Assembly (NCBI RefSeq): GCF_009914755.1
Contig: NC_060929.1
Strand: one strand, 5' to 3'
DNA from: the human T2T-CHM13v2.0 reference genome, Homo sapiens
DNA: 64,000 nt
A program made the translations under genes and the position numbers. The notes below the pieces were generated by a model. The model had not been told where the DNA came from. It searched no databases and was given only the letters and a program-made list of their open reading frames with translations. Below, in pieces: positions 42,317 to 59,542 of the stretch; the stretch's first letter is position 1; each line of letters opens with the position of its first letter.

Positions 42317-45300
42317 CCACTGCTTTGTTGGTCAAAGGATTAGAAAAGCAGAAAAAGTGTTGTGACTAAATACTATAGTTCCTCCATCTTATAATTACCA
42401 AGCCCAATTATTATTAACAAATATCTCTCTTTGCTCTAATATATGTTTAATAGCTTGTTGCCCAGGAACTAGACATAGAATCAAAATAATTTCCTTCATT
42501 CACTAACGCTCCAAATATTGGAATACTGGCATAAGGAATATAAGCAATTAAGTAAGACAAGGATTTGGGGTTATATCTATGAGAGGGGAAAGAATGACAC
42601 CCCAGATGATTTATTTACTGCATTCATGCAATCACAAATGCCCAGTGAATGCTGATTTCACATTGAGGCCGCTGGCATAATGCATCAGGCATTAATTGCA
42701 CGAACATTTCTTTAGAGCTGCTTAGCTGAAGTTTATCACGATCATTCAGCCATTGCCTAGCAACTTGTGGAGGCTATCAAAGAGCTCTTTGTTCTCAGTC
42801 GTGGCAAAAACAGTCCCTTACAGATCTCCTTATCAGCATTAGAACATTTATCAGAAAAGAAATGCTCCCATTGAACCAGAGATGGCTGCAGATTTAAACC
42901 TACCCCCTTCCCACGTTGCCCCTTCTTCCCAATATTTTAGAAGTTATTTCCTGAACTATTAAAGTTTCTATCTGTTTTTTGCTAAAACTTCTGAAGGAAT
43001 TTCCTTAAGATGTCATATAATTCCTTTATGGCCTAATAATCTGGGCTTACATGTAAAAACACAGACCTGAGCCCCTAAATGTGTATCTGCTCAAGAATAA
43101 GCAAGGCAGACATCTCCACCTCCTTAGCAGGGAAGGGTCACCATTTTTGATATACAACCTATAAATATGTTGGGCTTCCTGGTTTGAGTGAAGACTTATT
43201 CAGGAAAGCAAAGAATGCTGTGGTTGCTCCATCCCATTGGAAAGTGGTCCTGAATATCATACAGGAAATAGGAATTATGTGTATCGATTCATTCAACAAA
43301 TAAATTTATTTAACACCTCCCATGTGCTAGGTGCTATGGTGAGCAAAAACAGGCATTGTCTCTCCCTCAGGGAGCTGCCAGAATTAATTACCTTTGGTGG
43401 AGAATTGGAGGGGAGTCTTCATCTGCATTTTCTTCTATATCTCTCCAGAATTCCTCTTCCCCGCATCTCTGCTGACATTGACTTAGTTTCATGCCTTGTC
43501 ACTTTGATCATTTTTTTTATTTGGGGAACCCCAAATGGGGGTTCTGCAGGTAAAAGAGCACCTGACAGGTTTTCTTTCTTCCCAGGCTCAACATCTTCTG
43601 GCCATCTTCTGCCCTCCTATAAAGCACAAATTTAGTTGTGCCCCTTCCTTCTTAAAATTGTTCATTTGGTCCCTGTTAACACCAGGGGGAGGTTCACACT
43701 CTATAGCATGGCGCTCTTGGCTCAACTCAACTTGGCCACTGCTTGGCTGCCCAGATGTCTCACCTGCTCTCCCCAGCCCCTGAGTTTTAGCTGTACCCAA
43801 CACTTGCAATTCCCAAAGGACAGACACTTCTTTGGGCCTCTGAGCCTTGCCACCACTGTTCCCTTAGCCTGCAGTCCTCTTCCCCCTTCACAAGCTACCT
43901 CCCTTCCTGATCATGATCCCCAGGCAGAGCAGGGTGTGCCTGTTCTGTGGTCATTATCACCCTGGGGTTACATTTTTAAGAAAACTTCTCACAGCAAACC
44001 AGTAGCTGGCCAGATCCCTTGAATGTTTGCTGAGTTGGGTTTCCTTTTCTGCCTTTGACAAACAAAGAAACAAAAAGATGTTTTGTAGGACCCTAGCAAA
44101 GCTGGCAAAAAATAAGAGGAGATAAATATAAATAATACACATGTACCCACACAGAGCCAGAAATAATGGTTAAAGCAAAACTTACAACTCTTCATCCTGG
44201 AGAATATTTCATTGCAGGGTTATCCTTACATGGAAGTCACATCAGCAGTCATATACCTGGTGCGACTTAGAGAAACACTTACCCAACACTCTCTTAGTGA
44301 TACTTACTGCCTGAAATTCCACAATTAGATATTTATTTCTTAGGCTCTTAGAATGCATGCTCTCTTAGAATATCAATATTCTCCAGAGAAGGTACTACTC
44401 AGCAATAATAAATGTATCTTGTCCTTTTCTGACTGTAAGATGAAGGGAAAAATAACTAGGAGGGCACAGAGGGCCAGAAGGGGAGAAGCAGCAATAGGAG
44501 AAGAGGGTACAGCAAGAGGAGGAAAGACAACTCCACACCTTTCCCTGGAATTGCCCCCTAACTGAGACATACTTGATATTTATCTTCACATAGATTAGGC
44601 ATTAGTATCTGCAAAATGCTGACTCATTTTTTACTGATGACAGAGTAAATAAAAGGGCTTGAATTTTTAAGAGGGTGTTGGTAATAGAATTTTTATAATT
44701 TATATTCAAAGGAAACATTTCTTTGCAATTCTAAACTAAAAGTTATTTTCAAGTAAGCTTGGGTCTGTTGAAAGATGCTTATATGATTGGACACAGAAGG
44801 TTTGATCAATGATCTATAGAATTTGCTATGATTCTCTGGAAATGAAATGATGGGTAAACCATATGAAACAAGCTTATCTCTGCAGTGGATCTTCTTGCTA
44901 TAGGGTGGGCCTTGTTACTTATACAAACATTACCAGGATATAGTTGATTATGACTGATGGCTAGGCTAATCAGCTGAACAAACCTCTTAAGGGAAGAAGA
45001 ATAAGTTATGAAAGAGAGGATCTCTTTATTCAGATTTGCCTATCTGGCCTGTAGTCATTTTTCTTACCATGCTCTGATTGAGAATAGGCTAAGCTATACA
45101 TAAATCATGATAACCTATGATATAAAAAAGCAGCAAATACTTTTGACCTAAAGTGTACTCCATTCCATCTTAACTGAATTTATTAAGTGCAATTTGAAGT
45201 AGTGATTTGGCAAGTAGTTGATAAACTAAGTCATCATAAATGGCTAAATCTTACCTGTCCCCCAAGTCCCCACCCTAACAAAAAAGCATAAAAAATCGGG

Positions 45301-47085
45301 ACTGCTTTTTCAGGATGATGATCAGTCAGATTAACAGGATAATTACTCAGTTTCCACTTCTTCAAAATCTTCGTTGGGATTTGTCTTGATGGCATCAGAC
45401 CAAAATGCCCTGGGTTGATTGTCTAAGTCTCTGTGATAAGCAGGTGTCCCCATCTTAGCTGTTGTTAAGCAGGAGTCTTGGCTCACGGTCAGAGTCTAGG
45501 ACCTGAATTTGAACTGAGAGCGAAGTGTTTAGCAGGTTACCCTTGTTGGTACTTTCTTTAAATTCTCAAAACAAAGTTTAGGTTTGCAGCCTCATTTTGA
45601 AGTGGTTTACTGCTTAATATGTTTGATGCTTCTGCCCAGTATAGGTGTGGATATAAATTCCAGGTAAGATTCTGTGGCTGATGTATCACATCTGGTGAGG
45701 GTAGAGTTTGCAATTTCATCTCAGATTTTCAAAAGAGATTTGAAAAAAAAATAATATATTTATGATTGCAAGAAAAAAATCAACATAGTAGGCCCAGATT
45801 TCATACTTTATTCTATGGGAAACATTTAAACCCCAATTGGTTTATGAACAGACCTGGTCTCCTTTCTTCAGCCCATGGTCCGAATGAAATAAAAGTCTAT
45901 TGTTGGGTCAAGCTAGACACAATGAGGTCTGCATGCTTTCTTGCCTATTTAATGGCCTTTACCACGTGGGAGACTTTCAGAAGGAAAAAAACAGGAACAG
46001 TAAAAAGTGGATCTTCTTGCTATTCCAGTGTTCACCGGAAATGGTGTACCAATTAACAACATTCACATTATAGTTTGGGACTGCTTCCATGTTAAGGTTC
46101 AGACTGTGGTGACTTTTTGCCTGATTACTTTAGAAGCCAAAACTGTAACACAAGACATGACCGTCTCAGCATCGTGGTACTGGGTGGTTGTTAGTATTCT
46201 GGAATCCTGGAGGGTCTGCGTGCTTGCTCTTAATGTGTTTTCATTTGGTCTGAGGCCAGCAACTGCCAGTTCACTACTAATTATAACTTATTGCCTTTCA
46301 ATGTGAAGAACATTTCTTTGAGTTGTGAGGAATTCTGGCAAGAAAGAGGCCCCTGTTGTATTTCCAATACGAATGTACAGAAGAGACTTTTATTTATCTC
46401 AAATAAAACCTGGTTTTAGTTTTATTTTTGCAAACTTAGCTTTCCTTTCTGTTTCCTTTTGTCATTTTTTTTAATTCTAAAGTTTCTCAGTATTTAAAAT
46501 TAGAGTTAAACAACTGCATACAGTTTCATAATAATCGATAGCATAGACAACAGCTACAAATAATGTCAGTTGTGATATTCTGCCAATATCTCTCCAATGT
46601 CAGGTAAGATTTTTAAGGAGGAATTTGGTGGCACGTGTCAGTGCATCTTTCTGTTCTGCACAATGCACCATCAAGTTATTTTAAGATTATGTTTATTTGT
46701 TTCATCCAGGGGAGGGTTTTCTTTATGTAAAACATTTTATGGAACTGTTCATTGCCTTATCCTTTTACACTTTATTTCTCTGTGAAAACAAAGAATGGGA
46801 GGAGGAGGAGGAAGTCACCAAGGGCTAAAAGATATCGTATTGTTGATAAATTTTACTTGCAATAGACAGAGCCCTTGGGCTTCCACTTTATTGCCTCCTC
46901 CTGAAGAAGAAAAATCAATATAACAAAAGTTTGTTATTCGTTCTTCATGACTCCATAGAAAATCGGTCTGGGTATTATTTTAATGTTATGATACTGTGTA
47001 TTGATGTTTATAAGATGGTAACTCTCCATTCATTGCTGCTGGTGATCCTCAGGTTTAACACTGTGAGCTTAGTCCTCATCTATGA

Positions 47086-47316
<231 letters not shown>

Positions 47317-48448
47317 TAATTTCCACCTTCCCTTCCCTGGGCACCATGTATCGAATAATGATCTCTGTCCCACCTCTCAGTTTATAGTGATGTCCTGTTG
47401 CAGTTGAAGGCAAAAGAGAGTGTAATGGTTCACTTGTCCTTTGCAGAACTGTGTTCCCTAAGAGCTTCATTCTTTCCAGCCTTCAGAACTAACCTAACAG
47501 ATGGGGATTTAACCATTTCTTCTCAATAATTACTTCATTGCCTCATTGGCACAACCATCAGGATATATTTCTTCACCCTTCCTGAAAGCTTTGGAATGGT
47601 GTTCTAGAAATTCACTGACCTGTAAATATGTTATTCAGCAGTTTGGCATTGGCCTTACCTCAATTACCAGACGTCAACATCAGCCAAACCTTGAGGCAAA
47701 TCATTCATCCTGCTAGTAGTCTTAAAATCAGTGCTATGGGGAAAATGGAATTGCAAAGTTGAAAAAGGAGACTGTTGACATTGGTCCTTAAGACTTCTGA
47801 GTTAGAAGATTAAGTAATCTTTTAGTAAATGCAATCAAAAAAGAATATGTAACTAATTATAAGTTATACTATTCTAATTTTTTAAATTGCCTTTCCCCCC
47901 ATAAGAATTCTATGCAGTTATCATATATTTAAATCTGAATAGTATCTTGGCAAGAACTTAAGTATATAGCATTTTGGTTAATCACTTTTCGATTACAGTC
48001 ATTAACCTGGACCATTTTGAGGAGGAAAAATCTTCAAATTTTGACTGTTGATCGATTTTTATTGCCAGAAACGACTCTTAAAGAATAAAGAATCAACAAA
48101 TGGTTTGAGAGTACTTATTTGAGACTTATTAGTATTTCAATTTTTTTATCTCTTTATTTATTCAATGAAAATTCCTGGAGCCCTGCTTTATGCCAAGACT
48201 TGAGCTAACTGGGGCCTTAAATGGGAAAATAAAGAAGACTAAGACATTTGCTTGCTCTCAAGAAACTCAGAGTTTAGTGGCTTCTTTTCCTCATTAAAGG
48301 GTTCCTTTGTTCCTTTGTTGTTCTTGTTTTCTACTTGGAAAATTCTCCGTATCTTTTTTACTTTTTTTTAAGGTTTTGCTTTTTAACCTCTAAAACTTTA
48401 ACTAGATCCCGATCTGGAATGCGAGACAAACGCATCTCAGAAGGATAA

Positions 48449-48691
<243 letters not shown>

Positions 48692-49044
48692 TGAAGGCCA
48701 TGTTTTCAGCTGTCTGCTGGGAATGTCTTCTGCTGTGCTGTGTCTGCAGCTTCTCAGATAGGACTTTGAGCTTTGGAAAAGCTGGCTTGCCACTCCAGCA
48801 AAACCTTTTTATTTCCTGAGATGTGCTACTCTTCAGTTTTAGCTGGACATGTCCTCCCATAAAAAATCAATATGCGGAAGAATTTTAGACTCCCAGAGCA
48901 AGAAGTCGTGAAGTCATATTTCTAGAAGTGCAATGATGTCCCCTGGTTTGTGATGCCTTAATGCAAATCTTTGGCTTCATGGATTTGTAAAAATGAGCCC
49001 ATTCAAGATGAAGGATGCTGTTGAGCAGAGATAGCTACCAATGA

Positions 49045-49335
<291 letters not shown>

Positions 49336-51684
49336 TAGGATTGAAGTATGAGTGTTTTTATATAATCAAGAAAGAATATATGACTAATTAAAAGACACAT
49401 TCTACTTTAAATTCTTTTTTTAAAATTCTTTTTTTTTTTCCCATTACGACCTCTATGCAATGGTCCTATGTTTAAATCCAAATAATGTCTTGGAAAGAAC
49501 CTAAATATGTAACATTTTCCTTATCCCCTTTTCAGTGATTCATCGTCCATTGAAATAAAGCAAAAACAGCTGTATTGAGAAATCTATCTCTTCATTTTGT
49601 GTTTATCTGGAGAGTTAATTACAGAGAAAGAAAAAATGGAATTAAATGATGTGAGCCTTAGAAACCTATTGGGAACCTGAGCGAACTGCCCACCTAATAT
49701 GCTTAGCTTCACCTTGGCATCACCCAAGTGCCTTCCACACCACTGGATTTCAGACAGGAATTGTGTGACCCTATAAGGGACTATATAGATGACTCTTAGA
49801 GCACCCATGTCATGAAAAAAATGACATCGACTATAAGTCATTCATGAATGTTTTGAAAGGGTCAGTGCAATGTCTAAAAGTATTCAACTTTTGACCAAAA
49901 AATAGCATATGTATGGAGTAATCTGGTTTCATTCATTTTAAATTTTATGAAACACTCTCAGTTTATATTGAATTCCCCCATCATGCACATAAGAGAAATC
50001 AAAGAATGACTGTGTGCAGTCATTTTACATGGTGCTTTATTGATAATTTAATTCAAACTTCACAGTTACAAGCAACCTGCAAATACTAATTGATGAGCAA
50101 TATATTTTTTGCTGGAAGATTTTTTTCTGAATGTTAATTTTTTCCATAAGTAGTCCAGGCTGTACCCCATTTTTTAGGAATAAGGGAAGAGAGCTAATAA
50201 ATCTCAGAAGTGTAGCTCTTTGGTGAAAGAAGTGTTATGCGATATGATTTCACTCCATTCTGGGGGCATCACTTCAGAAGAAATCAGTCTGTTTAAATCT
50301 ACATGTGTTGCAAGGGCTCTGACTGATGGTTGGGCGTATGGGTTTGGGAAGAGTAAAAGGTCCAATATCATTGTCACAAAATGATTGATTTATATTGCTC
50401 CTTTAAAAAGTAGTCTTTATTTTGGAAATTTGTCCCTTCCTCATTTGGAGGAGGAATGTGCTGAAAGGAATAAAAATAGAAACACAACTATGAATGGAGA
50501 CTATAGTGTTGCCTGTCCCAATAATCACTCCACAGGAAGCTGACTTATTTGGCAAAAGCCTTTGCTTCTCCTGGGGATCATTGATTTCATTGATTCCCTT
50601 ATGGACTCTGTGGAACCATCTTCATATTTCTTCTTAGCTGATTGTGAGCCTGTCTAAAGAGAGCAAAGTCCTTCACAGTGAAAACACAGACTTTGAAAAC
50701 TTAAAGGGGTACATTTAAAGGGGCAGGTGTCCTTGGGAAAATGATTTTTTAAAGCACTATCTCTACGTTTACCTTTTGGGAATATAAAGTTGAGTGATGC
50801 TTATTCCCATTCTCTGATCATAACAAATATAGGGAGAAAAACCTAATGGCAGTGGGTTACCTCAGAAAAATATATTGTGAACATAAATGGGTTTACAGAA
50901 GCTGGTTAAATATCATCTAAGGAATAGGTTGTTTTAGGTAAAGAGTGCTTCACTGAGCATCAAATGGGCTAGACGCTTCAACAGTTTTCACTGAGTCTCA
51001 CTGTGGCTTTGGGAAAGCTGTATTTGTCTAACAAATAACAAATATTATTATTAATCTATGTGACCTTGTACGAGTCACTATTAACCTTTTGTGTGCTCAG
51101 TTTCTTCATCTGTAAAATTAAGGTGTTGTATTTAGAAAATTTGTTCCAATGCTCACTCGAGACCTCAAGTGTCAGCTAGTATTTTCCCCTTGCTCTTGGA
51201 CATGGTGCACACAATTATGGAAGAATTTTTTTCATTTAAAAAGTTACTTCATATGTATTATTGATTGTCTTTATAGGTCCACATTCCCTATGGGGTAGCC
51301 GTATAGAAATTACAGGTGGTCCTCCTTTTATGCAATTATGTTCCTAAAGTATTAATATGAATAAAAAGTATTTTTTGTCAATGAAATTATTTTACCCCCT
51401 GATCTTATGCTATTATTTCACAGATACTTTATCTGACTTTCTGATGTCTCTTCAATCGGCAGTGACCCCTAATGATTTAATTGTATTATTTTCTGGATCT
51501 TCCAGTTAAGAGTTTTTACAAGGAAACCAATTTTTACATACCGCTGGGAACCTCAATATTTAAAAGGAGCCTGAAGTGGCAACTCTAGAGTAGACTGAAG
51601 GGTACAGGATTTAGAAATTGTGAACATGAGCTACATGGCCTTGGGTCCTTTAACCTCTCTTGAGTCAAGTCATTTTCCACACCT

Positions 51685-51965
51685 TATCTCTGCTCAAATG
51701 TCCTCTCCTCACAGAGGCCTTCCTCAGAGGAGTAGCTCCCAAAATTATTGTCTTCCTTATCCTCCTTATGTTTTTTCATAATACCTACCACCATTGATTT
51801 TTCATTTTGTTGGTTGGTTGGTTGGTTTGCCTGCCTCCCCTACCAAAATAGAAGCTTCCAGAGGATGGTTTGGACTTTGTCTTATACTCTGCTATCTCCC
51901 TTGGGCCTGGAACAGTGTTGGGTACATAATAGGTGTTGAATATGTGTTTGTTTAATAACTGAATC
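51685..51965 (+). mobile_element. L2 3' end
   Basis: tctctgctcaaatgtcctctcctcacagaggccttcc...gcctggaacagtgttgggtacataataggtgttgaatatg. Confidence 0.7.
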
Positions 51966-52152
51966 TGTAAACTTGAGGTGATTTTTGCCCCAGCCACCTC
52001 ACTCTGCAGTTGTAAATGAATACATATGTCAATAATGACAGTCGTTGTTGAAGTTGCCATGGCCATCTGGGATTTAGTGCAGAATTCAGAGCAGTGTGCT
52101 TTCTTAGTCCTGATGTACACTGCTAACCTCTCACATGCAGGGAGATGTGTAG

Positions 52153-52359
<207 letters not shown>

Positions 52360-52756
52360 TGACAAGCCTTCTGAGGCTCACCAAGGGGAGCCTTGTCCAA
52401 GGAGGAAACAGCCTTACCCTCCGCATGCGTGACTGGAGCTCAACAAAGGTCCCTGAGGTTGGAGTACTTCCCTCTCCTAATGACCTGTAGACATATAAAT
52501 TTCTCTAAGTGATTAAGAGCTACTTCATTCCAAGTATTCTGTCTCTAGGTTCTATCTCCACTGAGGTAGAGCAATGCTGTGTGATGGTATGCAGTTTATT
52601 TCTCTTCTCTCCTTTAACCAAATCATATTTATATGGATCAAATTCTCAATCCTTTAACAGCACAAAAGTTAGGATAAGTATAGAGATTAGAAAGGTAGAG
52701 AAGACAACAAGCCTCACTGCCTGATTTAATGTGCGCTCTTGGAAAAGGTGGAGTTC

Positions 52757-52929
52757 CGTGTTTTTCGAATGGTAGCAAGCTTCAGAATCACCTGGAGGAC
52801 ACAACAAACACAGAAGCTAGTTCCATCCCCAGAAAGCCGGAAGCAGCGAGTCTGGGCTGGCACCTGAGAATTGCCATTTTTATCAACTGGTAGTAATGCC
52901 AGGCTGGGACCATGCTTTGAGAGCCACTG
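52757..52929. mobile_element. MER5A-like hAT-Charlie element
   Basis: tcagaatcacctggagg...gtctgggctgg..cctgagaattgc...gggaccatgctttgagagccactg. Confidence 0.7.
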
Positions 52930-53464
52930 CCCTAGTTCTTTTCCCCATTTTGTAATTCATAGCATCCTAACCATTTTTTCTTCCATTAGGCTTTTAGCAT
53001 GATAGGATATAGTGTGCAAAGTACTTACTCCAAAGCTGAGCATCATTGGGGAAGGAAGATCATTCTCTGACCTCTTACCTTCGGTTGAATAAAGGAGACA
53101 AGAAAGGAAGGCATGTGTTATGGTTAAGTACTAATAATAGCGTATATTTTAAAATAATAGCAAGAAGCTGAGGAGGACAGATGGGTCTGAAATTGAGCAA
53201 TTCTTATTTAATACTAATTAGAGTACATAATTAAAGAATAGGCTGAAAAAGTCTTAGAAACTTTCTAGAAGATAATGTAGACCTTGAACCAAGAGTTGAA
53301 AAGGATAATTGGCAAGGAAGGTAGCTGGCCCAAGCATATTCTTCAGAGTTCGTATATCTATAAATATTGTTTAACTTCTTAGAGAAAGGTACTTGTAAGA
53401 TATTATTTATAATTCTAAAATTAGAACGTGCTTCAAAGAGAGAACCCTTTTTCAAGTGCAAGTA

Positions 53465-53690
53465 ACATGATATAGTGGGAACAACATGGGGTCCAGAGCC
53501 AGACCTCCCTGTGTTTGAATCATGGCCCTGCCGTCCTGCCAGTTGCCAGCTGTGTGACTTAGGGTACTTGGGGCTTAGTTCCTGTCTACAAGACGGGAAT
53601 ATCCATCCCTGCATTTCTGGCCTGCTGTAAAGATTAAACAAGAGAACGCATGAAAAGAATCTGGCACAGAGTAGGTGCTAAATAAATGCA
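53465..53690 (+). mobile_element. MIR
   Basis: gagccagacc...gctgtgtgacttaggg...ctggcacagagtaggtgctaaataaatg. Confidence 0.75.
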
Positions 53691-54233
53691 TGACAGCAGG
53701 GAGTCATCGGTGCATACTGGCATCTGGGCACTGCCTCTGCTTCTTGAAAGTTCCATAAGAAAATGAGAAAATGAAAAGCATATGTAATATTTGGAAACAA
53801 TCATTGAATCAGCCTGCATTGAATCTTTCATCACGCCAGAGATCCCCAAGACACTCTTGCAGGGCAGCTGCCAGCCCATGTAAGCCAACAGAATTTGTGG
53901 GTGTCTTTAGCTCAAGAGACTCGCCGGTCTAAGCATTGAAAATCATGCAGCAGTGTGAAGGGTTATTGCTTTTTACAAAGCACCTGTGAAGTACAATTGT
54001 TTTTTAAGGTAAGCATTCTAGTACACCTCTTCAGGGAAGTTGATATTATCTAAGATAATAACAGATACAGTGGACAAGGCTAGTAGCAACAATAGAGATG
54101 TTCTGTACTACAAGTAAAAGCATACAGGTAATTTTAATATAAAGTACCCGTCTCAGTCCATTGGAATTTGAGTCCAGGATTCTAGTAGAAATGTGAAAGA
54201 ATGAAAGGAAATGTCCTATTCTTCCAGGATTGA

Positions 54234-54698
<465 letters not shown>

Positions 54699-56585
54699 TA
54701 GAATCACATTTCCTAGATGCCAGGAAATATTAAGGCAGAATTCACCACTCCGAGGTTGTTTGAGCTGATGGCTGGTTACTTCTCAGCATGACTGACTTCC
54801 CCTCCCAGAGGTCAGGCCTCCCTGGGATCATCGCTGGTTACTCACTGCTCTGGGCGGAGGAGGTGTGACTACAAGAATGAAGACAGAATTCAAGTTTTCC
54901 ATTCTGTTCTTTTGGGCTCTCCCTTCCTCTCCTTCTTATTTTTGGAATGTGGCTGCTCAGAGCCTTAAAAGATCCAGTCGAGCTTTCTTCATGGCAGAGG
55001 CAGAACCCGGGTCTCACATTGGAGGACAGTACATTCGGTGGGGAGGAGGGCTGGTGGCCCAGGGCCAATCCCTGTTGCTGGTGAGGGAACACATCCATGC
55101 AAACATTGCCACCCTTTCAACAACCTTCTCTAGATCGTACTTTTATACTGCTTCCATTAACAACTTCTCATCTTAGTCTTAACAACCTTCCAGACAACAT
55201 ACTGCCTTAAAATTTTGTTTAAGTCCCACTGGGGGAGAATATGCCGTTGGAATTACTCATCCTTATTTTTTTATTTCCACCCCACTAGCTATGCATCCCC
55301 TCACAGAGTTATAAAAACATTAGTCTTAATAAAATTGAATATTGCAAATTAGTTTATTATTCCTTTCCTCTATGACTTTCTTTCAGTATTCACGATAAAT
55401 AAATAAGGGCTTAGGGCTGTATCAGACCCACTTTCTTATGATAAAACCTTTTGGGCGGGAAAAGGTGAAGAACAATTCCTGTTCACCAGAGGTTGTACTC
55501 TTGGGAAGGATCTGCCAAGATTATGGCCATAGGAGTGGTGTGGCCTGGAAAGATTGATCAGGATAGCAGGACTCTGACAATAAAGCACCCCTCCCCACCC
55601 CACTCCACTGGCACCTCACAGAGCCACTCTGAACCTGGTTGCCTCAATTTTATGTGCTAAACCCTAGGGTATTTTTGCATATCCTCTTTCTAGCAAATAT
55701 AACAAAAGTGACGTCCAGGAATCAGCTCACAACAGAGACAGCCCAATTTTAGTTTTGCATCACTGTTTCATTGAGTCATGAAAACAGATCCTGACTGAGT
55801 GACACAGTTGCATACATAACTCTATTGTGCATATAAATATTGTGTGTTTGTGTATAAATGTCTAAATATGCATGGAAACCAGAATAGGCTCAAAATTTTA
55901 CTTGAATGCCAGATGACTGGTTAAGGTCTTATTAAATAAGAAAACCTCTTAAGTGCTTCCATGATTACTCTCAACAGCAAATTAAAGTGTCCCTATTTTT
56001 GGAGACTTCTCCCAATGCTTATTTGTAAACAGAAACCCTGTGTTTGACAGAGAGTTCTAATAATAATAGCACATTGCCCCCTGCTGCTCACTTTATGAAA
56101 AATATCAATATTTTGTCACGAAGATTTTTAGATTTAACATGCTTACACTATCCTTTGAAATTCATGCCTAACTCTTATTAAGACCGCATAGTAAGAATCC
56201 TATTACTTTCGTCTTCAAGACTTCAACAAAATCCAGAGTTTGAATCACTCCATAGCAAATGAAGTTCTTACCTAGAAAATCAGCAAAACTTGTTGTTTGC
56301 ATCTTCCCCTATTCCTGGCTAATTCAATTGAGAATGTGCGTTTATGAAGATCCCTGAGCCTACAGTAAAATATATATGTTCTCAAGAAAGCATCTTTAGT
56401 GCTCTTCAGTCTAGGCCCCTTCCAGCCTACAGTTTTGCCTGGTGGACTTGTATCAAATTGCCCTTAGTGATTATCTTCATCTGTTCCATGGGAATTCCAC
56501 AGACTCTCCATATACACATCATAGAGGTAAGTATGTAGCAGCTGAAAGTGTCAGGAGCTCTAATGTTGAGCAGCCCTGTCTCTAG

Positions 56586-57200
<615 letters not shown>

Positions 57201-57219
57201 CTTTCTACTGGGTCTATGA

Positions 57220-57820
57220 TTTTTTTTCAGCTTTATTGAGGTGTAATTGATACACAAAAAACACACCTATTTAATGTGTACAATTTAATAAAATCTCGAC
57301 TATCTATATACCTATGAAACCATCACCATAATAAATGAAATATCCATCACCATGTGTTTCCTCATGCCCCTCCCTACTTCTACCACCCCTTAAGCCCCAG
57401 GTAATCACTCATCTCTTTTCTGTCAGTATAGATTAGTTTTCATTTTCTAGAATTTTATATAAATGAAATCATACTGTACTCTTTTGGGTCTGGCTTTGTT
57501 TACTCAGCATAATTATTTTGAAATGGAACCATGTTGTAGCACATATCAACAATTCAGTTCTTTTCATTGCTGAATACTATTCCATTGTATGGATATACTA
57601 TAATTTGTTTACCTGTTCATGTGCTGATGGACAGGTGGATTGTTTCCAGTTTGGGGCTATTACAGATAAAGCTGCTATGAACAAGAGTGAATCCAGTTTT
57701 TGCATGGACATGTGCTTTCATTTCTCTTGGGTAAATACCTAGGAGTAGAATAATTGGGGTATATAGTAGACATATGTTTAACTTTTTGTAAAACTTGTGC
57801 CCCTGGTTTTCAATTGGGGT
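57220..57820 (-). mobile_element. Old L1 3' end (L1MB/MC/ME type)
   Basis: cagctttattgaggtgtaattgatac...tattccattgtatggatatac...tttccagtttggggctatt...gggtaaatacctaggagt. Confidence 0.85.
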
Positions 57821-58891
57821 GTATGTCATAACGACCTGGGAATAGTTGTCAGGTACATGGTCCTATTTGGGAAATTCCGATTCCAGGGTTGGGGACTTTG
57901 AGAAAGTGCTTCTGATGGTTCTGAAGCATGCCCTCCAGAGAGCCACAGCTCTTACTGCATGTGGTACTCCCTGGTAGGCAATAAGCAGTTGGGCTATAAA
58001 AGGCTTTAGAAAATTGATACACTGTTGTAGATGGAGTAATCTTAAACTGCAGACCATGTAAATATTTACAACATTTAATTTCTTTGGTAAAATGACTTTT
58101 ACATGCTTATGATTTACATTTGACTGTCATAACAATAGAATGTGATCTTTCATTATCACGTCATAATTACAAATACTCTGTAATCTCACTACATTATCCT
58201 TGGTGGTCTGTGTTTCAGGGCAGATTGTTTTGTAAAAAGGTCCTTCAGCATTTAGAATCATAAAATCATAGGAACATTTACTTGAGCTGGAAGCAGTGAC
58301 ATGGAGGCCTCTTTTCTCATTTATAGATGATAAAACTGCAGCCTGAAAGCTTAAGTGAAAGTTCAGAATATCTAGGTCAATTTTTTTAGATGCCAGATTT
58401 CTTGAATCTCAACCCATGCCTTTAGCGTTATCACTTGACGGACCATAAGGAAGAACTATGTAATGCCCAATTTTGAATTTAATGAGTAAGGTATTAGGGT
58501 AATGCTATCAGGTATTATCAGGACAAATCTTTCTGTCATGGAAAATAACTTTGCACAGAACAATATCTTCTGAGGTAAAAGACCCATTGAAATTAGCAAA
58601 AGGTAGATCCTGTTCTTAGACTAGATTTATAATGGTGTTATGCTTGCTTGGAAGGAAAATTACTCTTAGAAATGCTAAGGATAGACATAAAATTTGGTTA
58701 AGCAGTTGGGACATTTAGCATTTAACTCTGCATAAGCTCAGTATTGAATAATAAATAAAGCAAAATAAAAATTAGATAAATTGTTACCCCAAATTAATTG
58801 CCAGTCTAAGTATTTAATCGGAAATATATAAGAAGCTCTCAAATCCTACTGTTGAATCTCTTTGGGTTCAGAAAATCCTGTCTCTTTCTTT

Positions 58892-59017
58892 ATATTTTTT
58901 TAGGGACAGGGTCTTGCTATGTTGGCCAGGCTGGTCTCTAACTGCTAGGCTAGATCAGTTCTCCCGCCTCAGTCTCCTGAGTAGCTGGAACTCCGGGCAC
59001 GCATCACTGTGCCCAGC
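58892..59017 (-). mobile_element. Alu monomer (FLAM-like)
   Basis: gacagggtcttgctatgttggccaggctggtctc...gagtagctgg...actgtgcccagc. Confidence 0.85.
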
Positions 59018-59137
59018 TTCTGTCTCTTTTTGAGGCTTACAGCAGCCTTTCTCTGGGCATGGATAGGCCGACAACATCTGACAATGAGGAATGTTTGCTT
59101 TTTCTTCCTGCTCTGTTTCCAAATTAATGTTTTATGA

Positions 59138-59542
<405 letters not shown>

